This document shows, one piece after another, positions 9,598 to 18,638 of a stretch of DNA of 41,746 nucleotides. Made by a program: the position numbers and the translations under genes. Below the pieces are notes generated by a model, which saw nothing but the letters and a program-made list of their open reading frames with translations, searched no databases and was not told the DNA's origin. The stretch lies in sequence record SRR31156797_786; one strand, 5' to 3'. The number at the start of each line of letters is the position of its first letter. The first letter of the stretch is position 1.

Positions 9598-10127
9598 AAA
9601 AATTCACCCTTCAGGAAGCCCTCTGCCTGGCATTCTGCGCCTGCTTCATCGTCATTACCCGGGCCGTATTTCGGTTGCACTTAAATATTCCCGGGCATGC
9701 CATGTTTTTCACCATGTTCTTCCTGATTCTGGGGAGGGGTTGTGTCCCCCGAATGGGCGCTTCCACACTGATGGGACTCCTGGCGGGCCTTTTGTGCACC
9801 CTGTTGGGTATGGGCAAGGGGGGACCGTTGATTATCCTGAAATTTCTGGTCCCCGGCCTCATCGTTGACCTGGCGGGCCTTTTTTCCAAGGGACTGGCCG
9901 GAAGCTATGTGGCTTGCGCCATCGTGGGCGCCCTGGGGGCCGCCAGCCGTTTTTTGACCATCATCGTGGTGGAATGGGTCATCGGAATGGAGTGGGATCT
10001 CATCCTTCAACACGCGCTGATTTCATCAGCCTGCGGCGTTGTTTTCGGGGTCTTGGGTTCTTTGATGGCACCCCCCATTGTGCGAAAACTGACGGCCCAT
10101 GGTCTGATTGCCCCGCGCCCTGCATAG
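9594..10127 (+). CDS. Putative ECF substrate-specific S component, substrate unknown
   Basis: 177 aa, about 5-6 hydrophobic helices, ATGA-coupled to ecfT. Confidence 0.75.
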   Translation: MKKFTLQEALCLAFCACFIVITRAVFRLHLNIPGHAMFFTMFFLILGRGCVPRMGASTLMGLLAGLLCTLLGMGKGGPLIILKFLVPGLIVDLAGLFSKGLAGSYVACAIVGALGAASRFLTIIVVEWVIGMEWDLILQHALISSACGVVFGVLGSLMAPPIVRKLTAHGLIAPRPA

Positions 10128-10174
10128 CCTGATCCCTTGAGTGCCCGGCATGTCAATCCCTTCCCCGCGCCATC

Positions 10175-10480
10175 CTACCCCGAAATGTCTGTTTCAACAG
10201 GCGGTTCGAATTTCAGATTGTTTTTTTTAAGATATTCCTGAGAACTGATGAGTCTTTCTCCTTTATACTCCATATTCACTGCCTGGTATTGACAGTTATT
10301 GAGGCATCCGAAACAGAGAACACAGGTATTTCTGTTGATGGTATAGGCATCCAGATCGATGGAGTCGGTGGGGCATTTCATAACGCAGGTGCCGCATTCC
10401 ACGCATTCTTGATCAATAATGGAATGATTGTCAACGGATTGCTTGGTCCACCATTCGGGGCCGAAAAAAGTGGAAAATTC
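10175..10480 (-). pseudogene. 3' remnant of a 2x[4Fe-4S] ferredoxin-domain gene (flavodoxin-ferredoxin/EFR1-like)
   Basis: CVECGTCVMKCP and CVLCFGCLNNC. The frame continues upstream (TFFGPEWWTKQSVDNHSIIDQE) to a stop near 10483 with no ATG or RBS. Confidence 0.65.
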
Positions 10481-10519
10481 TCTTAAAAAAGAAAAAATAT
10501 CGTAAAAATTATTAAATTC

Positions 10520-10548
10520 TTGACAAATGATCGGTATAGCTCTATCAA
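10520..10548 (+). promoter_or_regulatory. Putative sigma70 promoter giving a leaderless lrp transcript
   Basis: TTGACA 10520-10525, 17-nt spacer, TATCAA 10543-10548. ATG at 10555 with no Shine-Dalgarno. Confidence 0.45.
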
Positions 10549-10554
10549 CTTAGA

Positions 10555-11031
10555 ATGTTAGACGAAATTGATCTGGAAATTCTGAGGATGTTGCAGGAGG
10601 ATGCGCGGGTGTCCAATAGCGCCATAGCCCGTTGTACGGGGATGGCGACCTCTGCGATTTTCGAGCGGATCAGGAAGCTCAAGGCCGTGGGCCTCATTAG
10701 AGGCTATCGGATCGACCTTGAACCCAGTATGCTGGGGATGGGCGTGCTGGCCTATGTTTTTGTTAAGGTTAACATCAGGCCGGGGCAGCCCGATACGGCC
10801 CTTTTATTGGCGGAAATTCCGGAAATTCAGGAGGTACACCACATTGCCGGTGAAGACTGCCTGATGGTTAAGATTTGGGCGCCGGATACCGAAACCCTGG
10901 GAGATCTTTTGACTGAACGTATCCACTGTCTGGAGGATGTGCAATCCACCCGTACCACCATTGTGTTGAAAACCGTAAAGGACACGGCCGAATTACCACT
11001 GACGTATGTGGTAGGGGAGTGCAAAAAATGA
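10555..11031 (+). CDS. Lrp/AsnC family transcriptional regulator
   Basis: LDEIDLEILRMLQEDARVS...ERIRKL..GLIRGY HTH; EVHHIAGED; TRTTIVL. Confidence 0.95.
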   Translation: MLDEIDLEILRMLQEDARVSNSAIARCTGMATSAIFERIRKLKAVGLIRGYRIDLEPSMLGMGVLAYVFVKVNIRPGQPDTALLLAEIPEIQEVHHIAGEDCLMVKIWAPDTETLGDLLTERIHCLEDVQSTRTTIVLKTVKDTAELPLTYVVGECKK

Positions 11032-12359
11032 AAGTTGCCATTGTCGGCGCCGGGATAGCCGGGTTGAGTTGTGGTCACCGGCTTGTCCGGGCCGGGCTGC
11101 AACCGGTGGTTTTCGAACGCGAGGCCTTTGCCGGCGGGCGGACCCATTCTTGTGAAAAAGACGGCTTCGTGATGGATACGGGCGCTTATACGATCCCCCA
11201 ATTCCATAAATATTTTCTGGCTTTGGTGGAGGAGCTGGGGCTCTCGGCCGATTTGGCTGAAGCCTCGGGCAATTCGGTCATCTATAAGGCCGGCCGTCCC
11301 CACCGGATGGAGATCGGCTCTCCGGCCGATTTTATGCAATTGAAGCTGTTGCCGTTTAAAAGCAAGGCAAAGCTGGTTAAAATCTTTATGCGTGCCGTTT
11401 CACTGGGTAAACATCTGGATTTGAATCGGCCCGATGCCAAGACGTTCCAATTGGAGCAGGAGAGCGCTGCAAAATACCTATTGCGCAAAGATGGCGGCGA
11501 TTTATTGACTCACATCGCCTGGCCGGTCTTCAGCGAGCTTTTCCTCGGAAATCCGGAAAACAACTCCAAGGCCGCGTTTTTGTCCACCATTCGAAAACTG
11601 GTCCGATTCAAAATTTTCTGTCTCAATTCCGGGATGGGAACGGTGGCCCGAAAGCTTGCCGCGAAGATGACGGTGCGGTTCAATACCCCGGTGGTTAGGG
11701 TCCGCCGGAACGGGTCCGGCGACGTCTGGCGGGTCGAATGGGGCGGTGAAAATCCTGGGAGCGCATGTTTCGATCACGTTGTTTTGGCTCTTCCGCCACC
11801 CCTTGTCCCCGATCTTTGCGCCTCCCTATCCCCCTCGACCGCCGCCCTATGCCGGGGGGTCGTATACGAACCCTGTTTGGTCGTTGCCCTGGCACTAAAA
11901 AAACCGCCTGCGGGCCAGGCCGTGATTTGCGCCATGCTCAGGGAAGAGTTCCCCCATGTGGCCACCGTAATTTTCGATCATCTCAAGGGACCCGGCCGTG
12001 TTCCCCGGGGGAAAGGGTTGTTAACCGCCATCCTATCCGCCGATGCCAGCCGCAAATTCCATAAGGCAGGCGATAGCCGGATCCGTGCCGTCGTTCTGGA
12101 CGAATTAACACCTTTGTGGCCCGAACTTCAACACGATTTGCTGTTTGCAAAGGTTTTTCGCTGGCAACAGGCGGCCGTACAACTACCTGAAGGCGCACTC
12201 AAGGCCCAGGTGCGGCTGCGGGAAGCGCTGCAAACGGAACATGATCACCTTCATTTTATCGGTGACGGTTATTTCCGCAGCAGCATGGAGATCGGGGTTG
12301 TCACCGGTTATGGTGCTGCCGAGCGGATACTGGCGGCCGGGCTGGCAGCCGATCGGTAA
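11028..12359 (+). CDS. FAD-dependent oxidoreductase (amine oxidase / protoporphyrinogen-oxidase-like family)
   Basis: VAIVGAGIAGL...FERE..AGGR...DTGA dinucleotide-binding motif; C-terminal IGD...SME...SG-like motif; ATGA overlap with lrp. Confidence 0.85.
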   Translation: MKVAIVGAGIAGLSCGHRLVRAGLQPVVFEREAFAGGRTHSCEKDGFVMDTGAYTIPQFHKYFLALVEELGLSADLAEASGNSVIYKAGRPHRMEIGSPADFMQLKLLPFKSKAKLVKIFMRAVSLGKHLDLNRPDAKTFQLEQESAAKYLLRKDGGDLLTHIAWPVFSELFLGNPENNSKAAFLSTIRKLVRFKIFCLNSGMGTVARKLAAKMTVRFNTPVVRVRRNGSGDVWRVEWGGENPGSACFDHVVLALPPPLVPDLCASLSPSTAALCRGVVYEPCLVVALALKKPPAGQAVICAMLREEFPHVATVIFDHLKGPGRVPRGKGLLTAILSADASRKFHKAGDSRIRAVVLDELTPLWPELQHDLLFAKVFRWQQAAVQLPEGALKAQVRLREALQTEHDHLHFIGDGYFRSSMEIGVVTGYGAAERILAAGLAADR

Positions 12360-12545
12360 TCTTTCTATTCCGGATAAAATAGCGGTTTTGATCCTACCAC
12401 TCTTCCCGAGCTGCTTGACTGCCCCCCCCCCCATGGCGCACAGTTATAATGGCGCCGATGAGGGTGCGCCTATTTCCTTTTTCAGCCCTTCTGAAATGGG
12501 TTGAGAGTATAGAAGTTGACCGTTTGACGAGATATCAAAAAACAC

Positions 12546-12591
12546 TTGACATGAATTGCTCATACATCTAAGTTGAATCAACGTTGAATTC
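12546..12591 (+). promoter_or_regulatory. Putative sigma70 promoter with overlapping palindromic operator
   Basis: TTGACA 12546-12551, 17-nt spacer, TAAGTT 12569-12574. Overlapping palindromes GTTGA-A-TCAAC (12572-12582) and TCAACGTTGA (12578-12587). Confidence 0.55.
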
Positions 12592-12692
12592 ATTTCGAAT
12601 GTATGTGCACATAATTTTTGAATATGGGGCTTTCGAGCCGTTAATGTCTACGGGTTTGAACATGTCCTTTTTAAGGAAGAAAAGAGAACTCT

Positions 12693-14015
12693 GTGACTTA
12701 TACGGTTAAAGACATTCTTAAAATGGAGGTGGCCCCGGCACTTGGCTGCACGGAACCCGCAGCCATAGCGTTGGGTGCGGCCTCGGCCAGGGCTCTTTTG
12801 CAGGGGCCGGATCTTGATAAAATCGAAATTTGGGTTGATCCCAATATTTATAAAAATGCCATGGCCGCTTCCATACCCGGAGCGGTTGGCATGTCCGGCC
12901 TCGATATGGCGGCAGCCCTCGGCGCTCTGGGTGGAGATCCGGCCCTGAAACTTGAAGTCCTGCAGCCCGTGGACGAGCGGACAGCCAAAATCGCCAGACA
13001 GCTTATCGAGGCCGGAAAAGTCAAAGTTAACCTGCTACGGGACCAGCAGGGCCTATATATTCGATCCGTTCTTAAGAGCGGCGGCGAAACGGCGGAATCC
13101 GTTATAAAGGATGTGCATGACAATTTGGTTTCTCTTGTTTTAAATGGGGAAGACGTTACCGAAAATATTCTTCTTGCGAAAGGGAGTCTTCAACATTCGA
13201 AACAACTGGCGGATCTCGAAGCCTGGCTGAAAAAATTGTCCCTTGAAGAACTGTTGGGATTTATTAATGAACTGGACTCGGAGGATTTGGAATTCCTGGA
13301 TCAGGGAGTTCAAACCAACATTCGACTGGCGGAATTTGGTCTCAACAATGGTTCAGGCATGGGTGTGGGTCGAACTCTACAGGAAATGGCACATCAGGGA
13401 TTGCTCAAAAGGGACATGATGCTGGCCGCCCGCATCATAACTTCTGCGGGCGCGGATGCCCGAATGTCCGGCGTTAAATTGCCTGCCATGTCTTCCGCCG
13501 GAAGCGGCAATCATGGCCTTACCGCCATCCTTCCCATTTATGCGGTTAAGGAATTTATTGAATGTGATCAAAACGCATTCTTGAAGGCGGTATGCCTCAG
13601 CCATCTGGTTACGGCCTACATAAAGGCCCATACCGGCAGGCTTTCCGCGGTTTGCGGTTGCTCCGTGGCAGCGGGCGCCGGCGCCGGCGCCGGAATTACC
13701 TACCTTTTGGGAGGAGACGCCCGGATGATTGCCGGCGCCGTCACGAACCTGATCGGAGATCTGGCCGGAGTCATATGCGACGGGGCCAAGCCGAGTTGTG
13801 CTTTCAAATTATCCACGGCAGCGGGTACCGCGGTTCAGGCGGCCCTTTTCGCTCAGAGGGGCGTGGGCGTTCATCCAAATGACGGTATTACCGGGTTGTC
13901 TTTTGAACAGACCAGCCAAAATATCGGGGAATTAAGCATCCAGGGGATGATCGAAACGGACCGGGCAATCCTGGGTATCATGCTGAAAAAGCAGTTTGTA
14001 GGTGGTAAATCCTGA
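12693..14015 (+). CDS. cyuA: L-cysteine desulfidase-like protein (CyuA/YhaM, serine dehydratase alpha-like family)
   Basis: PALGCTEP, NIYKNA, DARMSG, MSSAGSGNHG, GRLSAVCGC, GVICDGAKPSCAFK, QGMIETD. Confidence 0.88.
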   Translation: MTYTVKDILKMEVAPALGCTEPAAIALGAASARALLQGPDLDKIEIWVDPNIYKNAMAASIPGAVGMSGLDMAAALGALGGDPALKLEVLQPVDERTAKIARQLIEAGKVKVNLLRDQQGLYIRSVLKSGGETAESVIKDVHDNLVSLVLNGEDVTENILLAKGSLQHSKQLADLEAWLKKLSLEELLGFINELDSEDLEFLDQGVQTNIRLAEFGLNNGSGMGVGRTLQEMAHQGLLKRDMMLAARIITSAGADARMSGVKLPAMSSAGSGNHGLTAILPIYAVKEFIECDQNAFLKAVCLSHLVTAYIKAHTGRLSAVCGCSVAAGAGAGAGITYLLGGDARMIAGAVTNLIGDLAGVICDGAKPSCAFKLSTAAGTAVQAALFAQRGVGVHPNDGITGLSFEQTSQNIGELSIQGMIETDRAILGIMLKKQFVGGKS

Positions 14016-14108
14016 ACGCGATAATTGACTTGGGTTTGAGGACGGCTTGACCTTGTATCCGCCAAGTGGGGTTTTTATCAACTGATTATCCTGAAAGGTC
14101 AATAGACT

Positions 14109-15146
14109 ATGGAAGAAATGACTAAAAGAGAGAGAGTATCGGCTGCGGTAAGGGGTCAGCCCGTTGACCGTGTACCGATAAGTTACTATAACCACAATCA
14201 TGCATTCGAGGTCTCGCCCGAGAAGGTTGTCGGTTTGGCTTTAGAGGACAACCGAGAATTTGGCTGGGACTTTATAAAGGTGATGCTCAGGGCCAGTTAT
14301 TATATGGAGGCGTGGGGCTGCACTTACCGCTTTGATCCCGAAAAGGGACAACTTTTACAGGATTACGTCATAAAAAGCGCTGAAGATTTTAGATCGCTTA
14401 AGCGCCTGGACCCCAGCCAGGGACCCTTCGGCGAACATGTCAGGGCGGCCAAGATGCTTGGGGAGGCACTCAAGGGCGATGTGCCCTACATCCAGAGCGT
14501 TTTTTCGCCCTTAACCATAGCCGGTCGGATGGCCGGCGGTATGTTCGGCGCATCCGAGGAGGCATTGGCAACAAAACGGTTTATCCGAGAGAACCCCGAT
14601 GAATTGCATTATGGCTTGTCCATTATAACGCAGACCCTGGCCGATTATGTGCGCCAGTGCATTCGGGCCGGGGCGGATGGGATCTTTTACACCACCACGG
14701 CCTATGGAACCCTGGATGTTCTTACCGAAGAGGAGTACAGGACTTTCGGCGCTCCCTATGACCTGGCGGTTCTGGAGGCCGCCAACCAGGAAGGCGCCTC
14801 CCTTAATGCCCTGCATATCTGCCGGGAAAACATAATGTTTGATTTTTTCTCCGATTATCCGGTCCAGATTATCAATTACGAATCCACTTCTTCCCGCAAT
14901 CCGAGTTTGAAAGAGGCCATGGCCAAAACCGGCAAGGCCATTTGGGGGGGCATGGATCAACGGGAGATCCTGCCCAAGGGCCCGGTTGAAGCGATTAAGG
15001 CGCAAGCGCGGAGTGCATTGGAAGAGACCGGCGGTGAGAGATTTATTTTGGGTCCCGGATGCACCAATGTCAATCTGCGGGCGCCCAAAGAACATCTGAC
15101 GGCCATGAAAGATGCCGTTCAAGCCTGGTGCAATGACCGGCAATAA
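14109..15146 (+). CDS. UroD/MetE-superfamily protein (MtaA-like, probable Zn-binding)
   Basis: MTKRERV...PVDRVP start, FSPLT, AGADGIF, LHIC and LGPGC (HxC...C Zn-ligand pattern). Confidence 0.85.
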   Translation: MEEMTKRERVSAAVRGQPVDRVPISYYNHNHAFEVSPEKVVGLALEDNREFGWDFIKVMLRASYYMEAWGCTYRFDPEKGQLLQDYVIKSAEDFRSLKRLDPSQGPFGEHVRAAKMLGEALKGDVPYIQSVFSPLTIAGRMAGGMFGASEEALATKRFIRENPDELHYGLSIITQTLADYVRQCIRAGADGIFYTTTAYGTLDVLTEEEYRTFGAPYDLAVLEAANQEGASLNALHICRENIMFDFFSDYPVQIINYESTSSRNPSLKEAMAKTGKAIWGGMDQREILPKGPVEAIKAQARSALEETGGERFILGPGCTNVNLRAPKEHLTAMKDAVQAWCNDRQ

Positions 15147-15273
15147 AAGCCCTCTTAATGGTTTAATCATCGACCACGGCCCGTGAAGATGAAATTTTTT
15201 GAAAAGGATGGTTTGTTAATTTAATTTGTGGGAGATTTTTATTCCCACCAAACCCGAAAGGAGGGAAAGGAAG

Positions 15274-16257
15274 ATGTTAAAGAAAACCCTGGTTTTGAGT
15301 CTTTTTTTACTGTTGGCCATGTCGATTGTGGGTGCTGGCGCCAGCTTCGGGGAACAGAAGTTTGACCGTAAGTTCCTGAAGATGGTTTCGGGAACCTCGG
15401 GCGGTTCCTGGTATCCGCTCGGCGCGGGCATGATGCGGATTGTGCAGGATGCAACGGGCATTTCCACATCCAACGGACCCGGCGGAGGCGTAAGCAATAT
15501 GTATGCCATCCAAAAAGGAACCGCCGACGTCGCCTTGGGGTACGCTCACACCATCACCAATGCGTATATGGGAAGAGGTAAGTTCAAGAAACCCCAAAAC
15601 AAACTCCGTTTTGTGGCGGCCTTTTTCCCGAGTATTTTCCAGGGCGCCGCCACTAAAAAAAGCGGAATTACCTCTTATTCGCAGCTGAAAGATAAAAAGA
15701 TCGTTCCGGGTAAGGTCGGTTTTACAAGTACGGTGATCGCCGAGCAGGTGCTCAAGGCTTACGGCATGTCTTTTAAAAGTATCAAACAGAGCGGCGGCAC
15801 CGTAAGTTTTGTCGGGTTTTCCGATTCAGCGGCCCTGGTAAAAGACGGCCACTGCGACGCCGTCACGCTACTGACCGATTGCCCTGCGGCGGTTCTGATT
15901 GATTTGAATTTTTCTCCGGGAATGAGGATGTTGGGGATCGATCCCGAGCACATGAAGAAGGTCCTGGAACTTGAACCCGGCTTGATAAAAGCCGTGATTC
16001 CCAAAACCGCCTACAAGGGAATGACCGAAGACGTGCCCACGGTGAGCACCGCCACTTGCCTGGTGATCCGTGATGATATCGAAGATGACGTGGCCTATGC
16101 GGTCACCAAGGCGATCTGGGACCATATGGGCGAATTGGTCAAGATCAAGAAAATCATGGGAAGGGCCAAGCTGGAAAATGCACTGAAAGGAGCCAAAATA
16201 CCGGTTCACCCAGGGGCCATGAAATTCTACAAGGAACATGGCGTAAAGATAGATTAG
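15274..16257 (+). CDS. TAXI-family TRAP transporter solute-binding protein
   Basis: Signal peptide; SGTSGGSWYPLG; GGGVSN; IPVHPGAMKFYKE. Confidence 0.93.
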   Translation: MLKKTLVLSLFLLLAMSIVGAGASFGEQKFDRKFLKMVSGTSGGSWYPLGAGMMRIVQDATGISTSNGPGGGVSNMYAIQKGTADVALGYAHTITNAYMGRGKFKKPQNKLRFVAAFFPSIFQGAATKKSGITSYSQLKDKKIVPGKVGFTSTVIAEQVLKAYGMSFKSIKQSGGTVSFVGFSDSAALVKDGHCDAVTLLTDCPAAVLIDLNFSPGMRMLGIDPEHMKKVLELEPGLIKAVIPKTAYKGMTEDVPTVSTATCLVIRDDIEDDVAYAVTKAIWDHMGELVKIKKIMGRAKLENALKGAKIPVHPGAMKFYKEHGVKID

Positions 16258-16265
16258 GTTGATGT

Positions 16266-16298
16266 TTGCGCCCTGTGGATGTAATCCACGGGGCGCAA
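16266..16298 (+). other. Strong intergenic stem-loop between the TAXI binding protein and permease genes
   Basis: TTGCGCCCTGTGGAT-GTA-ATCCACGGGGCGCAA: 15-bp stem with one G-U pair and no U tail. Confidence 0.75.
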
Positions 16299-16317
16299 GA
16301 ATCTGGGGGGAACAAAC

Positions 16318-18252
16318 ATGGCGGAACATGGTGTTATCGAAAAACAAGAACAGACAAGCGTAATTGAGCATTTTTTAGGGGAGCGTCCGGTGCATGCTTT
16401 TATTGCACTGTCGATTGTATCATTGACCGTCAGCTTGTCGCTGTATCATCTCTTTCTTTCCTGGGCAGGTTTGGTGGATGCGTATTCTTTTCGTTCCACG
16501 CATGTGTGCTTTGTTCTTGTGATCGCCATTTTGTTCAAACCCCTGGGCAGAAAATCCTGGAAAGATCCCTTTAATTTATGTTCAATCATCGATTTTTCGT
16601 TAATCGCCATTGTAATCATTACCCAGATATACATTCTGTATGATATCGACGAGTTTGTTTTCCGGGGCGGCAACCTGACAAAATGGGACGTCTGGATAGG
16701 ATCGGCGATGCTATTCATTGTGCTGGAGGCCACCCGGCGGATGGTCGGCTGGGCCTTGGTCCTGATCGCCGGCTTTTTTTTGCTGCACACTTATCTTGCC
16801 GATCATTTTTTCTGGCTTTTCTATGGCCCTCCCAATGACTGGGCAACCATCGTGGATTACCTGTTCATGCGGGAAAACGGAATATACGGCATCCCCACCA
16901 TGGTAATGGCCACCTATGTTTTCCTCTTCATCTTGTTTGGGGCCATCCTTATGGAGTCGGGGGCCGGTCGCTTTTTCATCAATCTGGCCCTGGCCCTCAC
17001 AGGGGGTCGGAAGGGAGGACCGGCCAAGGCGTCTATTCTGGCGAGCACCCTGATGGCCACCATCTCCGGGGCCGCGGTGGCCAACGTGGTGGTGACGGGG
17101 ACCTTCACCATCCCTTTGATGAAAAGGATCGGATATCGGCCTCAATTCGCGGGAGCGGTGGAGGCCTGCGCCTCTGGCGGCGGTCAGATTATGCCGCCGG
17201 TTATGGGCGCCTCCGCCTTTCTCATAGCCGAGTTTCTGGCCGTTCCCTATTTGGACGTGTGCCTGGCGGCCATATTTCCGGCGGTTTTGTACATGTTTTC
17301 GGTCTATATCATGGTGCATTTCGAAGCGGGAAAATATAATCTGCCCACTTTGAAGAAGGAGGAGATGCCCTCGGCCAAAGAGGAATTGAAAAAAGGGGGT
17401 CATCTTTTCCTGTCAGTGCTCGTGATCATCGTCCTGTTGGCTTTGGGTTACACGCCCATGTATGCGGCTTTCTGGGCCATTCTTTCGGTTTTTGTATTGA
17501 GCAGCCTGAGAAAAGAGACCCGGATGACGCCCATAAAAATGCTTAAATTCCTTGAAAGCGGGGCCCTTAAGGCATTGCCGGTTTCCATCTCCTGCGCCTG
17601 TGCGGGGATTGTGATCGGTTCGATTTTCGTGTCCGGCCTAGGATTAAAATTCACCCATTTGATCGTAACCATCGCAGACGGACAGCTCTGGATTGCCCTG
17701 ATCCTAACCATGTTCGCTTCCTTGATCCTGGGCATGGGCCTTGTCACCGTGGCCGTGTACATCACCGTGGCTGCCCTTGTGGTCCCCGCTCTGGTGACCA
17801 TGGGCGTAACACCGATTGCGGCCCATTTTTTTGCCTTTTATTTCGGGTTGGTCTGCAATATCACCCCGCCGGTGGCTCTGGCCGCTTTTGCCGCCGCGGG
17901 AATCGCCGGCTCCAACCCCATGAGAACCGGTTTTTCAGCCATGCGTTTGGGGATATCCAAATACCTGCTTCCCTTTGTATTTGTGTTTTCGCCCGGCCTT
18001 CTATTCGTGGGTCCCTGGTGGGAGATACTCCGGAGTTTTGCGGCAGCCTCAATAGGAATATTTGCGGTTTCTTTACTTTCCGAAGGGTGGCTTTTTGACA
18101 AAATAAAATGGCATATCAGGCTATTCATGATTATTCCATCAGGGCTTTTGTTCCTTCCTTATCCCGCATATAATTTGTTAGGATTAATTCTTTTTGCCGG
18201 GACGGTATTCTTGCTTCGTTCCAAACGGCCCCAAGCGGCCTTGCAGTCCTAA
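16318..18252 (+). CDS. TRAP transporter fused permease (4TM/12TM, TAXI type)
   Basis: LEATRR, GGPAK, ANVVVTGTFTIPLMKR, ASGGGQIMPPVMGASAF, ITPPVALAAFAAA. Confidence 0.95.
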   Translation: MAEHGVIEKQEQTSVIEHFLGERPVHAFIALSIVSLTVSLSLYHLFLSWAGLVDAYSFRSTHVCFVLVIAILFKPLGRKSWKDPFNLCSIIDFSLIAIVIITQIYILYDIDEFVFRGGNLTKWDVWIGSAMLFIVLEATRRMVGWALVLIAGFFLLHTYLADHFFWLFYGPPNDWATIVDYLFMRENGIYGIPTMVMATYVFLFILFGAILMESGAGRFFINLALALTGGRKGGPAKASILASTLMATISGAAVANVVVTGTFTIPLMKRIGYRPQFAGAVEACASGGGQIMPPVMGASAFLIAEFLAVPYLDVCLAAIFPAVLYMFSVYIMVHFEAGKYNLPTLKKEEMPSAKEELKKGGHLFLSVLVIIVLLALGYTPMYAAFWAILSVFVLSSLRKETRMTPIKMLKFLESGALKALPVSISCACAGIVIGSIFVSGLGLKFTHLIVTIADGQLWIALILTMFASLILGMGLVTVAVYITVAALVVPALVTMGVTPIAAHFFAFYFGLVCNITPPVALAAFAAAGIAGSNPMRTGFSAMRLGISKYLLPFVFVFSPGLLFVGPWWEILRSFAAASIGIFAVSLLSEGWLFDKIKWHIRLFMIIPSGLLFLPYPAYNLLGLILFAGTVFLLRSKRPQAALQS

Positions 18253-18263
18253 GGAGTAGGCTT

Positions 18264-18452
18264 ATGTTTAAATCGATCATTGCATGGCTGCCGTTTTTGG
18301 TTTTGCTGGGTGTTTTTTTTCTCTTTAAGATGTCAAGCTTCGCCAATCGTTATTACAACCTCTTTCTACTGCTTATCGTTGCTTTTGGCTTCCTACTTGT
18401 AATTGTTTACAAATTTGTTATTAAAATTGACGCGTCCGGCGGGCCTGATTAA
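18264..18452 (+). CDS. Small two-TM membrane protein, probable TRAP accessory
   Basis: AAGGAG RBS; two hydrophobic stretches in 62 aa; directly follows the permease. Confidence 0.6.
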   Translation: MFKSIIAWLPFLVLLGVFFLFKMSSFANRYYNLFLLLIVAFGFLLVIVYKFVIKIDASGGPD

Positions 18453-18457
18453 ATCAA

Positions 18458-18624
18458 GCGGTTCAGGCGGCGTAGGGTTCATCCAAATGACGGTTATTAT
18501 CGGGTTGTATCTTGAACAAACGAGACAAAACATTTGGAAATTAAGTGTCCAGGGTATGATCGAAACGGATCGAGTAATCCTTGGCGTCATGCTTAAAAAT
18601 CAATTTGCGGGCGATGAGTCCTGA
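18458..18624 (+). pseudogene. Diverged duplicate of the cyuA 3' end
   Basis: Aligns by eye to 13830-14015: GCGGTTCAGGCGGC and GTTCATCCAAATGACGGT are identical. Translation EQTRQNIWKLSVQGMIETDRVILGVMLKNQF vs EQTSQNIGELSIQGMIETDRAILGIMLKKQF, with the same stop position. Confidence 0.9.
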
Positions 18625-18638
18625 AAGCGGAATACAAT

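Noticed and set aside
12415-12450. Phase-variable promoter with a C11 tract between TTGACT and TATAAT
   Set aside because: The spacer is 24 nt, too far from 17 for plausible slippage switching, and a better promoter lies at 12546.
11028-15146. Heme biosynthesis cluster (hemY + hemE)
   Set aside because: The two genes are in separate predicted transcription units with catabolic or transport neighbours. The UroD-like protein has the HxC...C Zn pattern rather than the HemE RQAGR motif.
18403-18624. Intact 73-aa gene
   Set aside because: Only its 3' part is meaningful, as a frameshifted cyuA remnant. The 5' part overlaps the small membrane ORF.
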